Source: Trichosphaerium sp. ATCC 40318 (lineage: Eukaryota; Protista; Tubulinea). From it: a stretch of DNA of 64,000 bases. The notes below the pieces were generated by a model, which saw only the letters and a program-made list of their open reading frames with translations, did not search any database and had not been told where the DNA came from. Positions 13,272-26,074 of this stretch are shown in pieces. The stretch lies in NCBI GenBank assembly GCA_038496445.1, contig JALMLS010000577.1, forward strand, positions 806,001-870,000, in the 5' to 3' direction. The first letter of the stretch is position 1. Each line of letters starts with the position of its first letter. The position numbers and the translations under genes were made by a program.

Positions 13272-14073
13272 ATGTTGCAAGTATCCTTCTTTACTTATTT
13301 GGTTTTCTTTTTAGTCTGTTACAAATTATAAAGCAAAAAGTGGTACATTGGGTTTGCTGGATATTCCACGTGAACTTCAAACTTTTATTTGTTCTTTCAA
13401 TGCAGAAACATTCACAAAATTCCATACTTTATCAAAGAGAGCTGCAATTAATACTCATTTTGATCAAATGTTACAACGAAAAGGGCTATGGATGCAATGG
13501 TACAAGAGCGGTCAACTTGGGTATCAGTGCATGTGGGTTAATGGCAAAACACATGGCAAAAGTAAAAGATGGTATGAGAGTGGTAAACTGGAGCACCATT
13601 TGGTGTGGATTGATGGTAAAAAACATGGAGAAAGGAGAGGATGGCATGAAAATGGACAACTAAAGTACCATTTCGTGTGGGTTAATGATACACAACATGG
13701 TGAACGTAAAGATTGGTATGAAAATGGACAACTTGAGTCACAAAGTATGTGGGTGTATGGTAAACAAAATGGTGAACGTAAAGATTGGTATGAAAATGGA
13801 CAACTTGAGTCACAAAGTATGTGGGTTGATGGCAAGCAACACGGTGAAACCAAAATATGGTATAAAAATGGACAACTTGAGGAACAAAGTATGTGGGTTG
13901 ATGGCAAGCAACACGGTGAAACCAAAATATGGTATAAAAATGGACAACTTGAGGAACAAAGTATGTGGGTTGATGGCAAGCAACACGGTGAAACCAAAAT
14001 ATGGCATAAAAATGGACAACTTGAGGAACAAAGTATGTGGGTTGATGACAAGCAACACGGTGATGGCACTTGA
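13272..14073 (+). CDS. F-box-like + MORN-variant (MORN_2/YwqK-like) repeat protein; 34-nt intron 13281-13314
   Basis: MLQ|SVTNY...GLLDIPRELQTFI, then 24-aa repeats GExKxWYxNGQL....WVDGKQH. Confidence 0.8.
13690..14060 (+). repeat. Coding 72-bp tandem repeat (near-identical units)
   Basis: caacttgag... recurs at 13729, 13801, 13873, 13945 and 14017. Confidence 0.9.
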
Positions 14074-14655
14074 TGAAGAGTCCACATACGTGGATTGATG
14101 GTGAAGTACAACCAATGACTATTAGTAAGTTGGTATTAATTCGACTTCAAGTTGGTTCAGTTTAGTCAAATTGGATCATGTGAAGTTGACTCCTTTACCA
14201 AACATTTCTAAATAACAACTGAACTGTGCCAATGTCGTCTACTTTTTGAAGTCTTCAAGATGTTTAACCAAGCCATTAACAGCACTAGATTTACTTGCAT
14301 ACAATACCATTTGGTGGGTTTCAACTACCAGCTGACTGTTTATTTGAGCTGTTGACCATGTGACGTGACGGCGCTTTTTAAGCCTTGGCTGTAAACTTTA
14401 GAACTCATACCACCTGAGTGTTTTTAATGCTTGTAAGGTTGGTGGTTAACACATGCAATATCATTTTTTTATGTTCTTAAAACTGTCGCAAATTAACATC
14501 CGATCACGTGAAACAGGTGTATGAGCTTTAAATTAAAGAGGATCAGGTATATTTTTCTATTGTAAACATAATTACAACGACGTTGAAACAGGAATCAAGT
14601 TTACCTGAAGTCAGTTGACAAAAGGCAAAAACCAACTTACTTTCTGCTTATTATC

Positions 14656-15334
14656 ATGGGAGACGCATCGTTCATGCATTCCGCGCGTCTTTGTACCATC
14701 CTAAGGCTTAATGCTGCCTTGACAGCTGGTTGGGGTTGTCTAGCGTTTTTACTTCCAATGCGAGTTATTGACACGTCGCTGTTCTTAGAGCAAGGCTGTA
14801 CGTGCGCTTCTCCCTCCGTATTTGTTTATGTCAGTTAAACTAATTTTTGTTAGCAACCGCGGCTGATTTGGCGTCTTCTATGCTTATGGTGCGATATCGC
14901 GCGTCTTTTCAAATTAACACACCTAGGGCGTTCCAGAAACACCTACACTATTACTGACGCAATCTCTGCTTACCTACGGCCTATCTGACGCAGACCAACA
15001 CATACAGGAGGTATAATTATTTAGAAACCACTAAAACCGCTTTGTTATACCACGAATCACCCCTAAACTTGATGGTATTATCTACCGCCTATTTCCGTTA
15101 AACGGTGAATTGCACGTCTCAAAATTTCTAAATAATGCCGTTTAGGGTTTAATTAGATGCTTGTGTATTGGAAACGTCGCTCAACTAGCGTTTTACTTCT
15201 ACTTAAACAGCAGTACGATCGCAAACTTTATGACAGATAATATTTGGGGTGTACTATTTGCTAGTCTTCCACATGTATCTTTATGTATCACAAACCTTTA
15301 CTATGGTTGGCAATATTCAGAGGGATATGAATAA
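14656..15334 (+). CDS. Hypothetical small multipass membrane protein, multi-exon
   Basis: GT-AG spliceable hydrophobic exons (ILRLNAALTAGWGCLAFLLP ... CLCIGNVAQLAFYF ... YYGWQYSEGYE*). Confidence 0.55.
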
Positions 15335-15434
15335 ACAATATTAATAAAATACATCTTTATACCTACGCACATGTTTGTTAGAGTTAAAGGCCTTTACGAA
15401 AATGTTCGAGATTTCACTTTCTATCCTGTATGCG

Positions 15435-15753
15435 ACAACAAAAAACTTTGTACATTGAAGTGTCGTTGCTGGTTCGTAATGAAATTGTTACAACTGGAGG
15501 ATGTTTTACGACCCACCACAGAGCGATATTGTAACAACCACTTTTAGAGTACCAAAGCGAGGAACAACACTTCTGTTCGGTTTTGGAAACGCAGGGTTGA
15601 AGAAGTCTTGGATACTCCAATGCTCTGTGCTTGGACTCCATAATGTTTCCAGACAACCAGTCTCTAGAACGTTTCACAAATCCTTTCATTTACTGATAGA
15701 AATATCGAAATGTTTTAAACACCAACAACTGGACAACAAAAAAAATGTGGGTT
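15435..15753 (-). repeat. Dispersed ~320-bp repeat, copy B
   Basis: Reverse complement matches 797-1120. Confidence 0.9.
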
Positions 15754-17874
15754 TATTTATATGTGTTTAATACGTCTATGGATACTAGTAACGTACTTTT
15801 TATGCTTCAACAAGTAACAAAAGTGAAAATAATCAATCAAATATCAACCTTCATTTTCGTGTTGTTCACTGAAATAGAGTGCTACTGGATGACAAGTTCT
15901 AGGGCTTCGGGAATAACAGTAAGCAAGTGAAGTCTTCATGGGCTATAGAAAACTTCTTGAGTGAAATTGTTCAAGATAGATACTAAGCGAAAAAAAATAT
16001 CAATCACTCGGTCCTTTTTTCTTGTTCTAATCTAAACGCACCAAACACGCAGAATCGCAAAACGTTATAATAAAATAAACCATGTAAAAAAATCTAAACT
16101 TGCAACTTCCATCGAAATTTTGCTCATACGTACATTTGTGTTAACAGCACTTGTAGCTTTCCCAACATGTCGCCAAGTTTTCAAGAAAGTGACATTCCGC
16201 ACTTTAAATCACGAGTAACTGATTATACATTCTTTCCTCTGGGCAACCGAAAACGTGACTGTCTAGGCAACTAACTATTGATCGCCTGTAACACGTACAC
16301 CAATAAGTTTCTCATTCTAAATACTACTAGTTTCACCATCTTTCCTGGATCAAAATGCTACGTTATGAAGTATTGACGCTCAATCGCGCTCTGTTTGCCT
16401 ATGCTACGTTAGTAATTCTTGCCTATTTTACAGAATTCTAAAAGTAATATACAGCCAGCAACCGACCATTGTATGCTAGCATTGCTTCTGAACGAAACTA
16501 TATTGCACTACGTACGGGGCGAATTAGTGTTCGCTGTGTTAGCTCCATAAACGAATAGGCGATGTTTTATAACTATATTGATTGCTTTTGTTGATAGTAA
16601 CTAATGTGGACAAGTTGCAGACGCTTTAAGATTTGAGGGGTTTTTTTTGTGTCGTTTCGAAAACTCCATTCACAACAAACACGAAAGCAATACAAATTGC
16701 TAATACGCTCGCCTTGAAATGGAATTATGTTTAGAAATTGATGTTTGTTTTTGTAGAGTGTGGTAATACTCTACAGGGTACGTTGTATGCCATCATAAAA
16801 GAAGACATGTACGTACGTGCGCATTCAAAAAAGTTTAGTTGTTTTGCTTTTTTTTGCGCTTTTTTTTTCTTTGTTCCGTTTAAACAGCGAACACTCAGTA
16901 GTGTATTCAAAGACTATCAGCGTCGTTTCCAAATTAGTGTTATTGTAGTGATTTAAACTGGAATCTACAAAACCAAAAGGGAGCAACATACGCTTTGACT
17001 AGCTACTTGTCGTTTTATAGAAGCAACTTGATACTACGGTTTTCATACTTATGTCTTCAACTAAAAAATGGGTTCCGGAACCGTGTACGCGTTGTGTTCA
17101 TACAACTAGATGCTTTAGACAAGCCTTTGGAAGGCTAGGAAAATTCGGGTCTTGTAAAACTACACAGTAATATAAAACTTCGCAGTAGGGTACCCAAATG
17201 GTACTTTCTCTATAATTACAGAATTGCCTCTAATCCGTGCATTGCGCTGTCTGTGTGGAACCAGTCTTTTCTTGGCTTATTGATTTGTCTGTGACTTATT
17301 CCATCCCTTTGTCGGGTCCGCTAGCGTGAGTCCTGAATAAGTTTAAGCTTGTGCAGGTACGTTTTGTGTACCGCTTGGTATAGGACGCTAGATTGGGCAA
17401 TTTTCATTTATTCGGAACGCCAACACACAAATAGACTCCAAAAACCCCGCAATGGAATGACATGGTATTAGAGTACAAGTAGCAGCGTTTTCTGTACTCT
17501 CAAGTAGCTTTCCTGAATTGTGTCGAAGGCTTCAACGTCAATTACTCTGTGACGTTAGCCTAATCGACACATGTACGATTTCTCCGGAGCAATTAGGTCG
17601 GAGTCTTAAAGCTTAAAAAAGATAGCAAGTGGTCGTAATATTAATAAATTAACTTTTAAGTATATTATTATTTACAAGGCGTTGATAGTATACTTTCTCT
17701 ACCACTAAAGTGATTTTTTTTTTTGGATTTTCTTGGCTTTGTTTTTTTGCTTTTTTTTGTTGTTTTTTTTTTGTTGGTTTCGACTGTTTTAGAGAATCTC
17801 CTCCTTTGGCGCCAAGAAAAGTTTACCCACATCACTTTTTTTTTGTTGTGTTATTATTGTATCAGTTGTTGTAT

Positions 17875-19740
17875 TCACATTAAACCCAAGTTGAATTTAG
17901 GCGGTGGTGCGAACGTTGTAGGTTGTCGTTTTGTCCCAGGAGGATAGCTCGGCTTTGTAGGTATGTTGTGTATTGAATCTGATGATGTCTCTGTCTTTAC
18001 AGAGACAGCAGGACCAGAAATATTATGAAGAGAAAATTTTTCAATCTTCTCAGTTAAAAGTTGAGTTCTCTCTTCTACTGGTTCTGTTTTGACTTCAACA
18101 TGTTTAGCTATAACAGCTGCCTGTGGTACTACCCTCGCAAGGGCTATAGCTTGTGTAGGGATGGTCGCTAATCTCGCGACATGCTCAACAATTCGCGGAG
18201 AACCCTACGAGAAACATTAGAAAACAAAAGAACGTCTTGGCGAATAAAATCGTTAAAAGGAATTGTAAGCGTTTTTTTTTTGAGTTTCGACTTTTCACAA
18301 ACTTACTTGTTTTGGAATCGGTTTGGACAATCTTGTAGGTGAAGGTATAGCGAATACAGAGCGAGGTGTAGCAATATGTACATGATCGTGTCGTTGTAGT
18401 TGGTGTTGGAATGGATTTGGTTGAGGTACAGGAACGTAACCGTTCATTGCAGCCATAATATGAGCGTGAACGTTTTCGTTTGTCAATCCGGTCATGTGAT
18501 CTCCATTAACCCTACCCATACCAATAGGTGATTGTAATGGACTATGTCCAACCGCATTTTGGTACGCATGGTAGTTCTGAACATGTTGTTGCCTCAAAGC
18601 GTGTTCATGACCCGCTAGCTGCAAAGGAGGCACTATATTGTTTGAAGGAGCGGATACGCTTCTAAAAGCGGTACGTTTTGATTTGAAAGCAGGGTTGAAT
18701 GATGAGCTCTGATGTACGAATTTAAGTGTCCCACCACTACTATTAAACTGTGAGTTGTTATTTATGAGTGTAAAAAGCGGTTATAACGTAGGATAAGAAA
18801 ATAATAATTTTCTGTCAATACGTATTTTTTGTCGTTTGTTTTGCTTTTTTTTTCGATAAAGACGAAGAGAAACGGTGTATCGTTTCAAAAAGAGAATAAT
18901 AGAGCTTGTTTTATAGCGAGAGAATTATAATACGATCACCAGAAAGGGTTTATTTAAACCAATCCGGAAACGCTTCTTTTTAGGTATATAGGACAGCATA
19001 GTTGAAAATGTGCTTATTTACGATAAAAGGCGGCAATATATTGGATATTTAACGTGCCTTTTGGTTGATGTGTTTCCGGCGGTTCGTGAGCGTTTTATTG
19101 ATGTTCTTTCACCAACACATGGTACAGAAGCCTTACGTTTCTTCTCTCTTCGTGTTTGAGTGCCTAAAAAACACGTTAAACAAAGGTGTGTACAATAACG
19201 ACACGTGATGTATAAAAAGAAAAGCTTCTTCGTATTCGGCTAAAAAACCACGACAAAATAGTTTGAGATGCAGACGTAATAAAACTATGTACTGCATAGT
19301 TGGTATGTACTGATATACAGCTATTCCAGAATATAATTCGTTTTCTGGAATTTCAAAGCGCGTTGTTTTACGTACCAACAGCTCCTGGGTTCTTCATTAT
19401 GTATTCTTTGTGCCTAGTTAAAGTCTCTATCTCCAAAAGCAACCTTTCGTCATCTTCTTTGTTATTAGTACCAAGAGACTCTTGTAGGATAGATATCATC
19501 TTGTTTATGCTTTTGATCTGGAACGTATTGGTTAGTTCAACACAGCGTGGCTGAAAAGGCTATTTGGCCACGTTAACAAACCTTGCGGTGTGGCCAGCGT
19601 GGTACGTCGTTCTTACGGCATATCTTCTTGAGCACTGTAGCGCACACGCCGATCTTTTTTGCAGCTTCGTTAATAGGCAAATGAAAGAACTTTGCGAGGT
19701 CTTCGAGAGTGTAATGGCGTGGATCAGTTGGTTTAGACAT
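17875..19740 (-). CDS. RWP-RK domain transcription factor, multi-exon
   Basis: TLEDLAKFFHLPINEAAKKIGVCATVLKKICRKNDVPRWPHRK|IKS. Confidence 0.92.
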
Positions 19741-20000
19741 GAATTTAACCTGTATCTGTGCTTTCATGCGATGGTGTGATAAGTTTTTTTGAGGATTTCC
19801 TAATATGGGCATAAGAAAGAAATATTTCCGTTCAACCGTTATTTTTCATAAAACTCCACGCAAGAATTCTTTACTGCGCAACAAGAACAAATAAATATTA
19901 GACAACTCTAAATAGGTTTCGGAAATTCATTTAGATGAACACAACGGCGGGATTTTTGTTAATGTTTTTATATTGTACAATTCTTTTTTATTTATTCAAT

Positions 20001-21826
20001 TCATTTTGTTTTGTTCTTCGGTAGACCACCTAAAACGAGATGTCTGATAGATACTCCTTGCACGCTCATCGTGATTTTTTCTTTATCTTCTGGTAGTGGT
20101 AGTAACGGTACATCTTGTGTACCGTTTGGAAGTTTATCCTAAAACGTGTCAAAGGGTGGAGAAATAGAGAAATTTGTTGGGGAGGTTTTTTTTGGGTTTT
20201 TGTCATTTTTTTTGGATTTTTTGGAGTTTTTGGTTCTTTTTTCATGTTCAACTGTAACGTACCGTTTTATTATTATTGCCATGAACTGTACGTGTATGTC
20301 TAGCTAGATTTGCTTTGTATTTAAATTTCTAAAAGGCACGTTAGTAGGCAGAATATATGAAATAACATACGCTAGTACATCCTTCAATATCACACTTATA
20401 CATTAAATTTGTATGCTTAGCACGTATATGTTCATTTAGAGAGAACCTCTATCAAAAAGATTAGGTTTAAAGGTACATATAAAACAAAGTTTAACCTCAA
20501 AAACGCCCGTAAAATATTCGAAATAAGGCTCTAAAATCTGAAATTCTAGAATAATTTCGTTCAACTTACTTTTGTGAATTGTCTCCCACAGTTAGGGTGC
20601 ATACAAGGAATTAACTTCCTATCAGTTGCATGTATTTTTTTGTGATTCTTTAAATTATCGCGTGACGCTAGCGTTATACCACATATATCGCAAACATGGG
20701 ATACAGGATGTGTCTCTTTGATGTGTTTTTGTAGTTTAGCGTACTCAGCGAAAGCGACACCACATTTGTCGTAATAACATAAATACTTTGGTGTTTTCGG
20801 AGAGTGTGCTGACTGTTCGTGTCGTTTCAGTTGACTCGGGTAATCAAAATCTCGTGTACAACCTAAGTAGATAATTAGTTTAATTTTCCACAACAGAAAA
20901 GAATAAAACAAAAAAAAAAAACAAACTCGCTGATTTTGCGATGACACAAGACGATATACGTGAAAAATAACGTTTTCTGGCTTTTTTAGCGAGAAAAAAA
21001 AAGATGCCGGAAAAGAAAAGCTACGTGTAGCAACCATGATTATTTTGGCGTGTAATAAATTAACGGTTGATATACAGTCTTTACAAGGTATAGACTAATA
21101 CACGAATAAACCTCCAAAACTAGAAAATGACTCAAGGAGTATTTTGTCTTTCTTGCCAAATCCACAAAAAAGGCAAATGTACCTGGATGTGTGCAATTGT
21201 ATGGTTTTCTTCCAGTGTGACCTGCGTAATGTCTTCGTAGCTGATTTTGCTTTGTAAAAGCTGCTTTACAGCCTTCCCACGTGCAAGCGTATGGGTGTGC
21301 TATTAAATGCGTTTTTTCATGTCGCCTCTATGATAGTTATTAATTTAGACACTTTATAGCGGGAAAACGTTCAAAAACACCAAATTGTGACATCTCAAAT
21401 GAGAGCCGTTCGCCACAGAACAAGAGTAACCGACGTAACTCAATTCACATTGGATTCGCGCAGTGGGCATTAAAGTGTCACAAGCTGGTGTCATTAAAAT
21501 AATGTTAACATACGTACTAGGTGTTGTTTATTTACATATGAGCGTTCACAGCCTTCATGGCTACATTTGAACCTTGACGCGCCTGATTGCACTTAGAAAA
21601 ACTACCTAAAGCACAACGTGCCTGTGTGTTGATTAATATGGCGTCTTAGATGCGCTTTGGTTGTATAAACTTTCTCACAGCTTTCCCATGTACATTTATA
21701 CGGACTAGTAGTATCCTAACTAATAATTACGCTATTATTTCACCTCAAAATTCTCTTTACCGATAGCGGGCCTGTTTCGGACAAAGAATTGTCCTCTGTA
21801 TCAACATCAGATAACGACAATGCCAT
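20001..21826 (-). CDS. GTF3A: Multi-C2H2 zinc-finger protein, TFIIIA-like, multi-exon
   Basis: About 9 C2H2 fingers with Cx4C spacing (YKCTWESCEKVY, YACTWEGCKAAF, YLCYYDKC, CDICG, PCMHPNC, YKCDIEGC). Confidence 0.7.
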
Positions 21827-21944
21827 TGCAGTTGAGAAAAACGCCGGCAGAAGCTCTGATTTTTAGAATGAATTGTCTTGACTTACTTGTTTTTGCCGCC
21901 GCTCTTTTTTTACACTTTACAATAAAACAACTTTGGTCTGCGTG

Positions 21945-23309
21945 ATGGGTTGTCAACTTGGCAGACAACAAGATGAACCTACGCCTGCTAATCCAAGTAA
22001 TTATGGTTTATCGCCAGTATTAGTCTAACGATCATAGCGAGCAATGTAAGGCGAGTCAATATCGCTGGAGGAAACGCCTCGGGTAGTGCTAAACCGGTAA
22101 CAAAGAACAGCGAATAGTGCGTGGACTGAAACGATTCATAAAACATATAACTAACATCTCCACAGTGATTACATGTGCAAAATATTACTTTTGGGTACCC
22201 CGGCCTTTAATACTGAAACTTCCGTTACCAACTGACTATAGGCGATTCCGGTGTTGGAAAATCAGCTATCATGCAGAGATTCGCCGTACGCATCAAGTTT
22301 TCAATGCGCCTGCATTTAAAAATGCGCAAAGCAATGTTTTAAACATTTTATGAACTTGTTAACACGAGTAAAAGACAATACGTGTATTTTTACTTCTTTA
22401 ACTTGTTACCCGCTTAAAAACAGCTGTTTTTAATTATAACATTAGGAAAACGAATTCAAAGGAAGCTTTATCTCCACTGTTGGCATTGATTTTGTACGAA
22501 GTTGCAAAAAAGCAACCAAGCAGTTTTTTTTTGAAAAGGAGGAAAAAAAAATGCTCATTCATGACCTTAGAAGATGAAAAAAGTTACTATTGATGGTAAA
22601 AAAGTAAAGATTCAGATCGTATCCTACTACTACAACCAAAGAACGAACCTCTTGCACCTTTAGTGTTGAGGAGAATTCTATTTTTTTTTTCCTTGATTAA
22701 ACCTATTTAATCCTTGACAATACGCAAGTGGGATACTGCTGGTCAAGGTTAGGAACTGCATTAACGTCGATTTTTTTGTTTTGTTTTTTTTTGATCGTTT
22801 GAAGCTTTTGACGTTTTCCCTTGAAATTCTTGGCCCTGCCATGAACCTTTTATTTATAAACCCTGTAGAACGTTTCCGTACAATCACCAAGACGTACTAC
22901 AGAGGTGCACAAGGTTATATTCTTGTTTATGATATCACAAATGAGACATCTTTCAAACAAGTAAAGTACTGGCTCAATGAAATTAAAAAGAACGGTAATG
23001 AGAGCGTACCTAAAATTATTGTCGGAAACAAGGCTGATTTGGACTCACAGAGGCTTGTTAGCCTCGAGGATGGTCAAGTACGGCGACAATCTTATTATTT
23101 TTTTTTTTTTTTGAATTGCTTTCTTTCGTTGTAGGTAGCCATGAAAATGCTTCTTTTAACGTTAGTGTATACTAACGTGTTTTTAGAACTTTGCTAAAGA
23201 GATGGGCATCCCATTTATGGAAACGAGTGCTAAAGATGACTACAATGTCGAAAGTGTTTTTATGAGCACTGCCGCTAATTTCGTCAAGCATATGGAGGCT
23301 CAGGAATAG
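21945..23309 (+). CDS. Rab GTPase (Rab1/Rab8-like) with N-terminal MGC and no C-terminal Cys, multi-exon
   Basis: GDSGVGKS, TVGIDF, WDTAGQ|ERFRTIT..YYRGA, GNKAD, ETSAK. Confidence 0.92.
22619..22728 (+). other. U12-type (minor spliceosome) GT-AG intron
   Basis: Donor GTATCCT; branch TCCTTGAC at 22711-22718, 10 nt from the AG; removal joins KIQI|WDTAGQ. Confidence 0.8.
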
Positions 23310-23588
23310 ATTTGCACCAACTAAGATTTGAAAATAAGAAGGCCTCAACAAAAGGATCCTAAAATCTAGAAACCCCTAATTACTACTATAACGGAGTTTT
23401 GTATATAGCTCAAGTTTGACTACATCAATTGTAAACACATTTCAAAACAAAAAAATTGTGTTTGTTCTTTTTTTTTACCTAAAAAAGACCAAAACAGGTT
23501 TGGTTTTATTTGAAAAGTGAACGAAATCAATAACTGAAATACTTCGTTTGGTGGTATCTTCTAACTGTTGTTTATGTATTTTTTTTGT

Positions 23589-25111
23589 CTATGCTTCATG
23601 ACTGGTTGGTACATGTTCGACATGCTTTTTAGTATGGAGATGTTAACACTTCTTTTTCTTTTCAATTAAACTTTTTGGATTACAGCAAGGATGATAGTTG
23701 AGTGAGTATGTTCAAAGTGCCTTCCATCTCAATACCTGTATGAATACCCTTACCATCGAATACGAGCTTGTTTTTTGAAAATAGTTTTACACGTGCTTCT
23801 CCATCAAGGTATTCTGTTACTCTATTTTGGAAGTTTGATCAGTATAAAATGAGACTCGTGCTGAGTTACTTTGGTGCCATTCTATGTTCTACCAAACTAG
23901 GGGCATGTAATAGTGGTCCAATCCCAGCGTGAGGTACTCGTAGTTCAACTTCTAATCTTGTATCACCTGTTTGAAGGACAAGCTAAGGTGAATAAGCGAA
24001 AGGTAAACATCGATCGATATGGTGTACATCTGCACCTGTTGTCTGCCCGTCAGTATCATTGACAAACATGAGCGAAGAAATTTTAGACTGTAAAAAGGGT
24101 GTAAACATGTATAAATCATCGTCCAGTAGCATCCCCACTATACATCATTAGTGACTAGACTCAGAAAATAAAACACAGGATTGAATTCGTACCAATATAT
24201 CCAATTTTTTCCATTCCCAGCGCAGGTACAGAAGCAACACTGAGCGTTAGTGACGCTCTTTTGAATGATTTCAAGATAGCAAACGAGTTTGTTTGTGCCC
24301 ACAGCCAAGTTGTTGGAAAGTTTGATCCAAAGTCTTTTTCTATGTATGCTTTTTCGAAAGGAACTGTTGACACTTTCCCTTCTGTTTGAATATCTAATGA
24401 ACCATCCACATTAGCGTCTAGGGTCACTATACCATGATAACACTCTAGTATAGGTACAAAATTATAGAATCCCATTGCACCTACGGAGAAAGGAGAAACA
24501 GGAAAAGAAGTATCAACACCTTCAATTTCCTTTATATTTACTTCGCCCTTTATTGAAAAATCTTTTTCTTCTATGTCCAATGACACGTGATTTCTCGACA
24601 TATGATTACTCCCAATAGATATATTAAATTCATTAGCATCATGATGGATAAACTGATTCACATCAAAAGCGATATAATGACTCTTTTGAGATTGACTATC
24701 AACAATCATTATGAACGCTTCAGCGGTCCTATTCTTATGCCTTAAATGTGGTTTAAACAACCCACATATCACTGCAATAGCACGATCTTTACCTGAGAGC
24801 TTTATATACCTTAAAGTACTGGCGTCAGGTTGAGATTCGAACTGTTATGTTTTCATACCATCCTTCAAAAAAGTTGTGTTCTAGAGACTGCCCTTGGTAC
24901 CTCTCTGGCTTGTAGAAGCTCAAATTAAACCCATCGAATCTCTTGAACCGTTTAAGATTTATTTGACTGTTAAAGTGCTTTGTTAGCTTAGAAACCGCAT
25001 GTACAATACATACCCATTAGGAGCAGAGAGAACTGGATCAGTAAAGAAGAAATACGCTAAAACTGCGAAAAAGCCACAAACAATAGCCAGAAACGGTCTA
25101 AGCGCCGACAT
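23589..25111 (-). CDS. Tocopherol cyclase-like protein, multi-exon
   Basis: YQG...FFEGWYIK, GAMGFYNFVPILECYHGIV, YIEKDFGSNFPTTWLWAQTN. Confidence 0.85.
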
Positions 25112-25262
25112 TAAAAACAATGGCGCGCGTGTCGTGTGGTGGCGTATGTAAACTACAATTTTTATTAAATTTGGAGATTCACACGTTTTACTTTGTCAAG
25201 CGACAATTTCGGCGTATTTTTTAGCCGTGTATTTTAGTGTAATGCAGAATTGGAGGTGAGGG

Positions 25263-25520
25263 TCATTGCTTTGTTATGGTTCTAGTGAATTTGTTATCCT
25301 TGAGCTCAGTACGCACTGTGTAGGCTGTTCCTTGTTTGTCAACTCCTGTGTAGAAGGTAGTACCACCTCCTATCCTTTTTTTACTGTGATACGAGTTGGG
25401 TTCTTGGTGTAGGCTACTTTGAAAGTCCTCGAACTGGCTTCTAGTAACTGTGACATTGTCTATGAAATATTCATCGGCGCAAGTTGGACTGCTCATTGCT
25501 GTGGGTGGCAAAGGTATTGC
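25263..25520 (-). CDS. Hypothetical protein, last exon (start not resolved)
   Basis: Open frame after an AG acceptor; no recognised motif. Confidence 0.35.
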   Translation of the reverse strand, partial: AIPLPPTAMSSPTCADEYFIDNVTVTRSQFEDFQSSLHQEPNSYHSKKRIGGGTTFYTGVDKQGTAYTVRTELKDNKFTRTITKQ

Positions 25521-26074
25521 CTATTTTACTGTTTTGGCTTAAAAAGAAACTAAGAACAAAGTGATGTTCGTAGTTTTGACGCGAATGCTGTGATCTTGTA
25601 GTAGACGTGTTTGAGATATCAGCGCGCAATGGTAGCCCAAATCAAGCCACATAGAAATAATCTGAACCTGACAGCGCTTGCCATTAAAGACGTAAATGGG
25701 TACTTAGATTTATCATGAAAACTAGCGTTTTTGACGAGAATGTACAAAGGCCAAATAGCAGTTAACGGTTTTGATATGGAAATGACAAAAAGAAGCTCTC
25801 ATTAAGCAGTAAACGAATTCGCTTGAACTATTTCTGTGCACTAAGAACGACGAAGTAGGCACAGAGTACGCTATAAATTAGCCAATACACAACGCTGGCT
25901 ACTTGTATAGCTATGGTTAAACGGCTATGTCATCCCAGCATAGTGACTGGCAAAGTATGCTCGTTGAGCTAGCGCATTCTCGCTTTCTATTATATGTGAA
26001 TCAATGTGGTATTCGTATCCACAATAACGAATAAAAACGTCAACAAAACAACACCTCTTCACAACATTTTTTTG

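Noticed and set aside
13281-13314. GTATCCTT donor suggesting a second U12 intron
   Set aside because: Only 34 nt with no TCCTTRAC branch site; fits an ordinary short U2 intron
13690-14060. CRISPR-like regular repeat
   Set aside because: Contiguous in-frame coding repeats without unique spacers
13524-14115. Long antisense and alternate-frame ORFs over the MORN repeats (also 47109-47681 over the LRR gene)
   Set aside because: Shadow ORFs caused by repeat periodicity
17130-17290. GGAAAATTCGGG resembling RNase P CR-I
   Set aside because: No matching CR-V/P4 partner at a plausible distance
15880-17700. Long region with splice-like signals
   Set aside because: Could not assemble a coherent ORF or a known RNA; left unannotated
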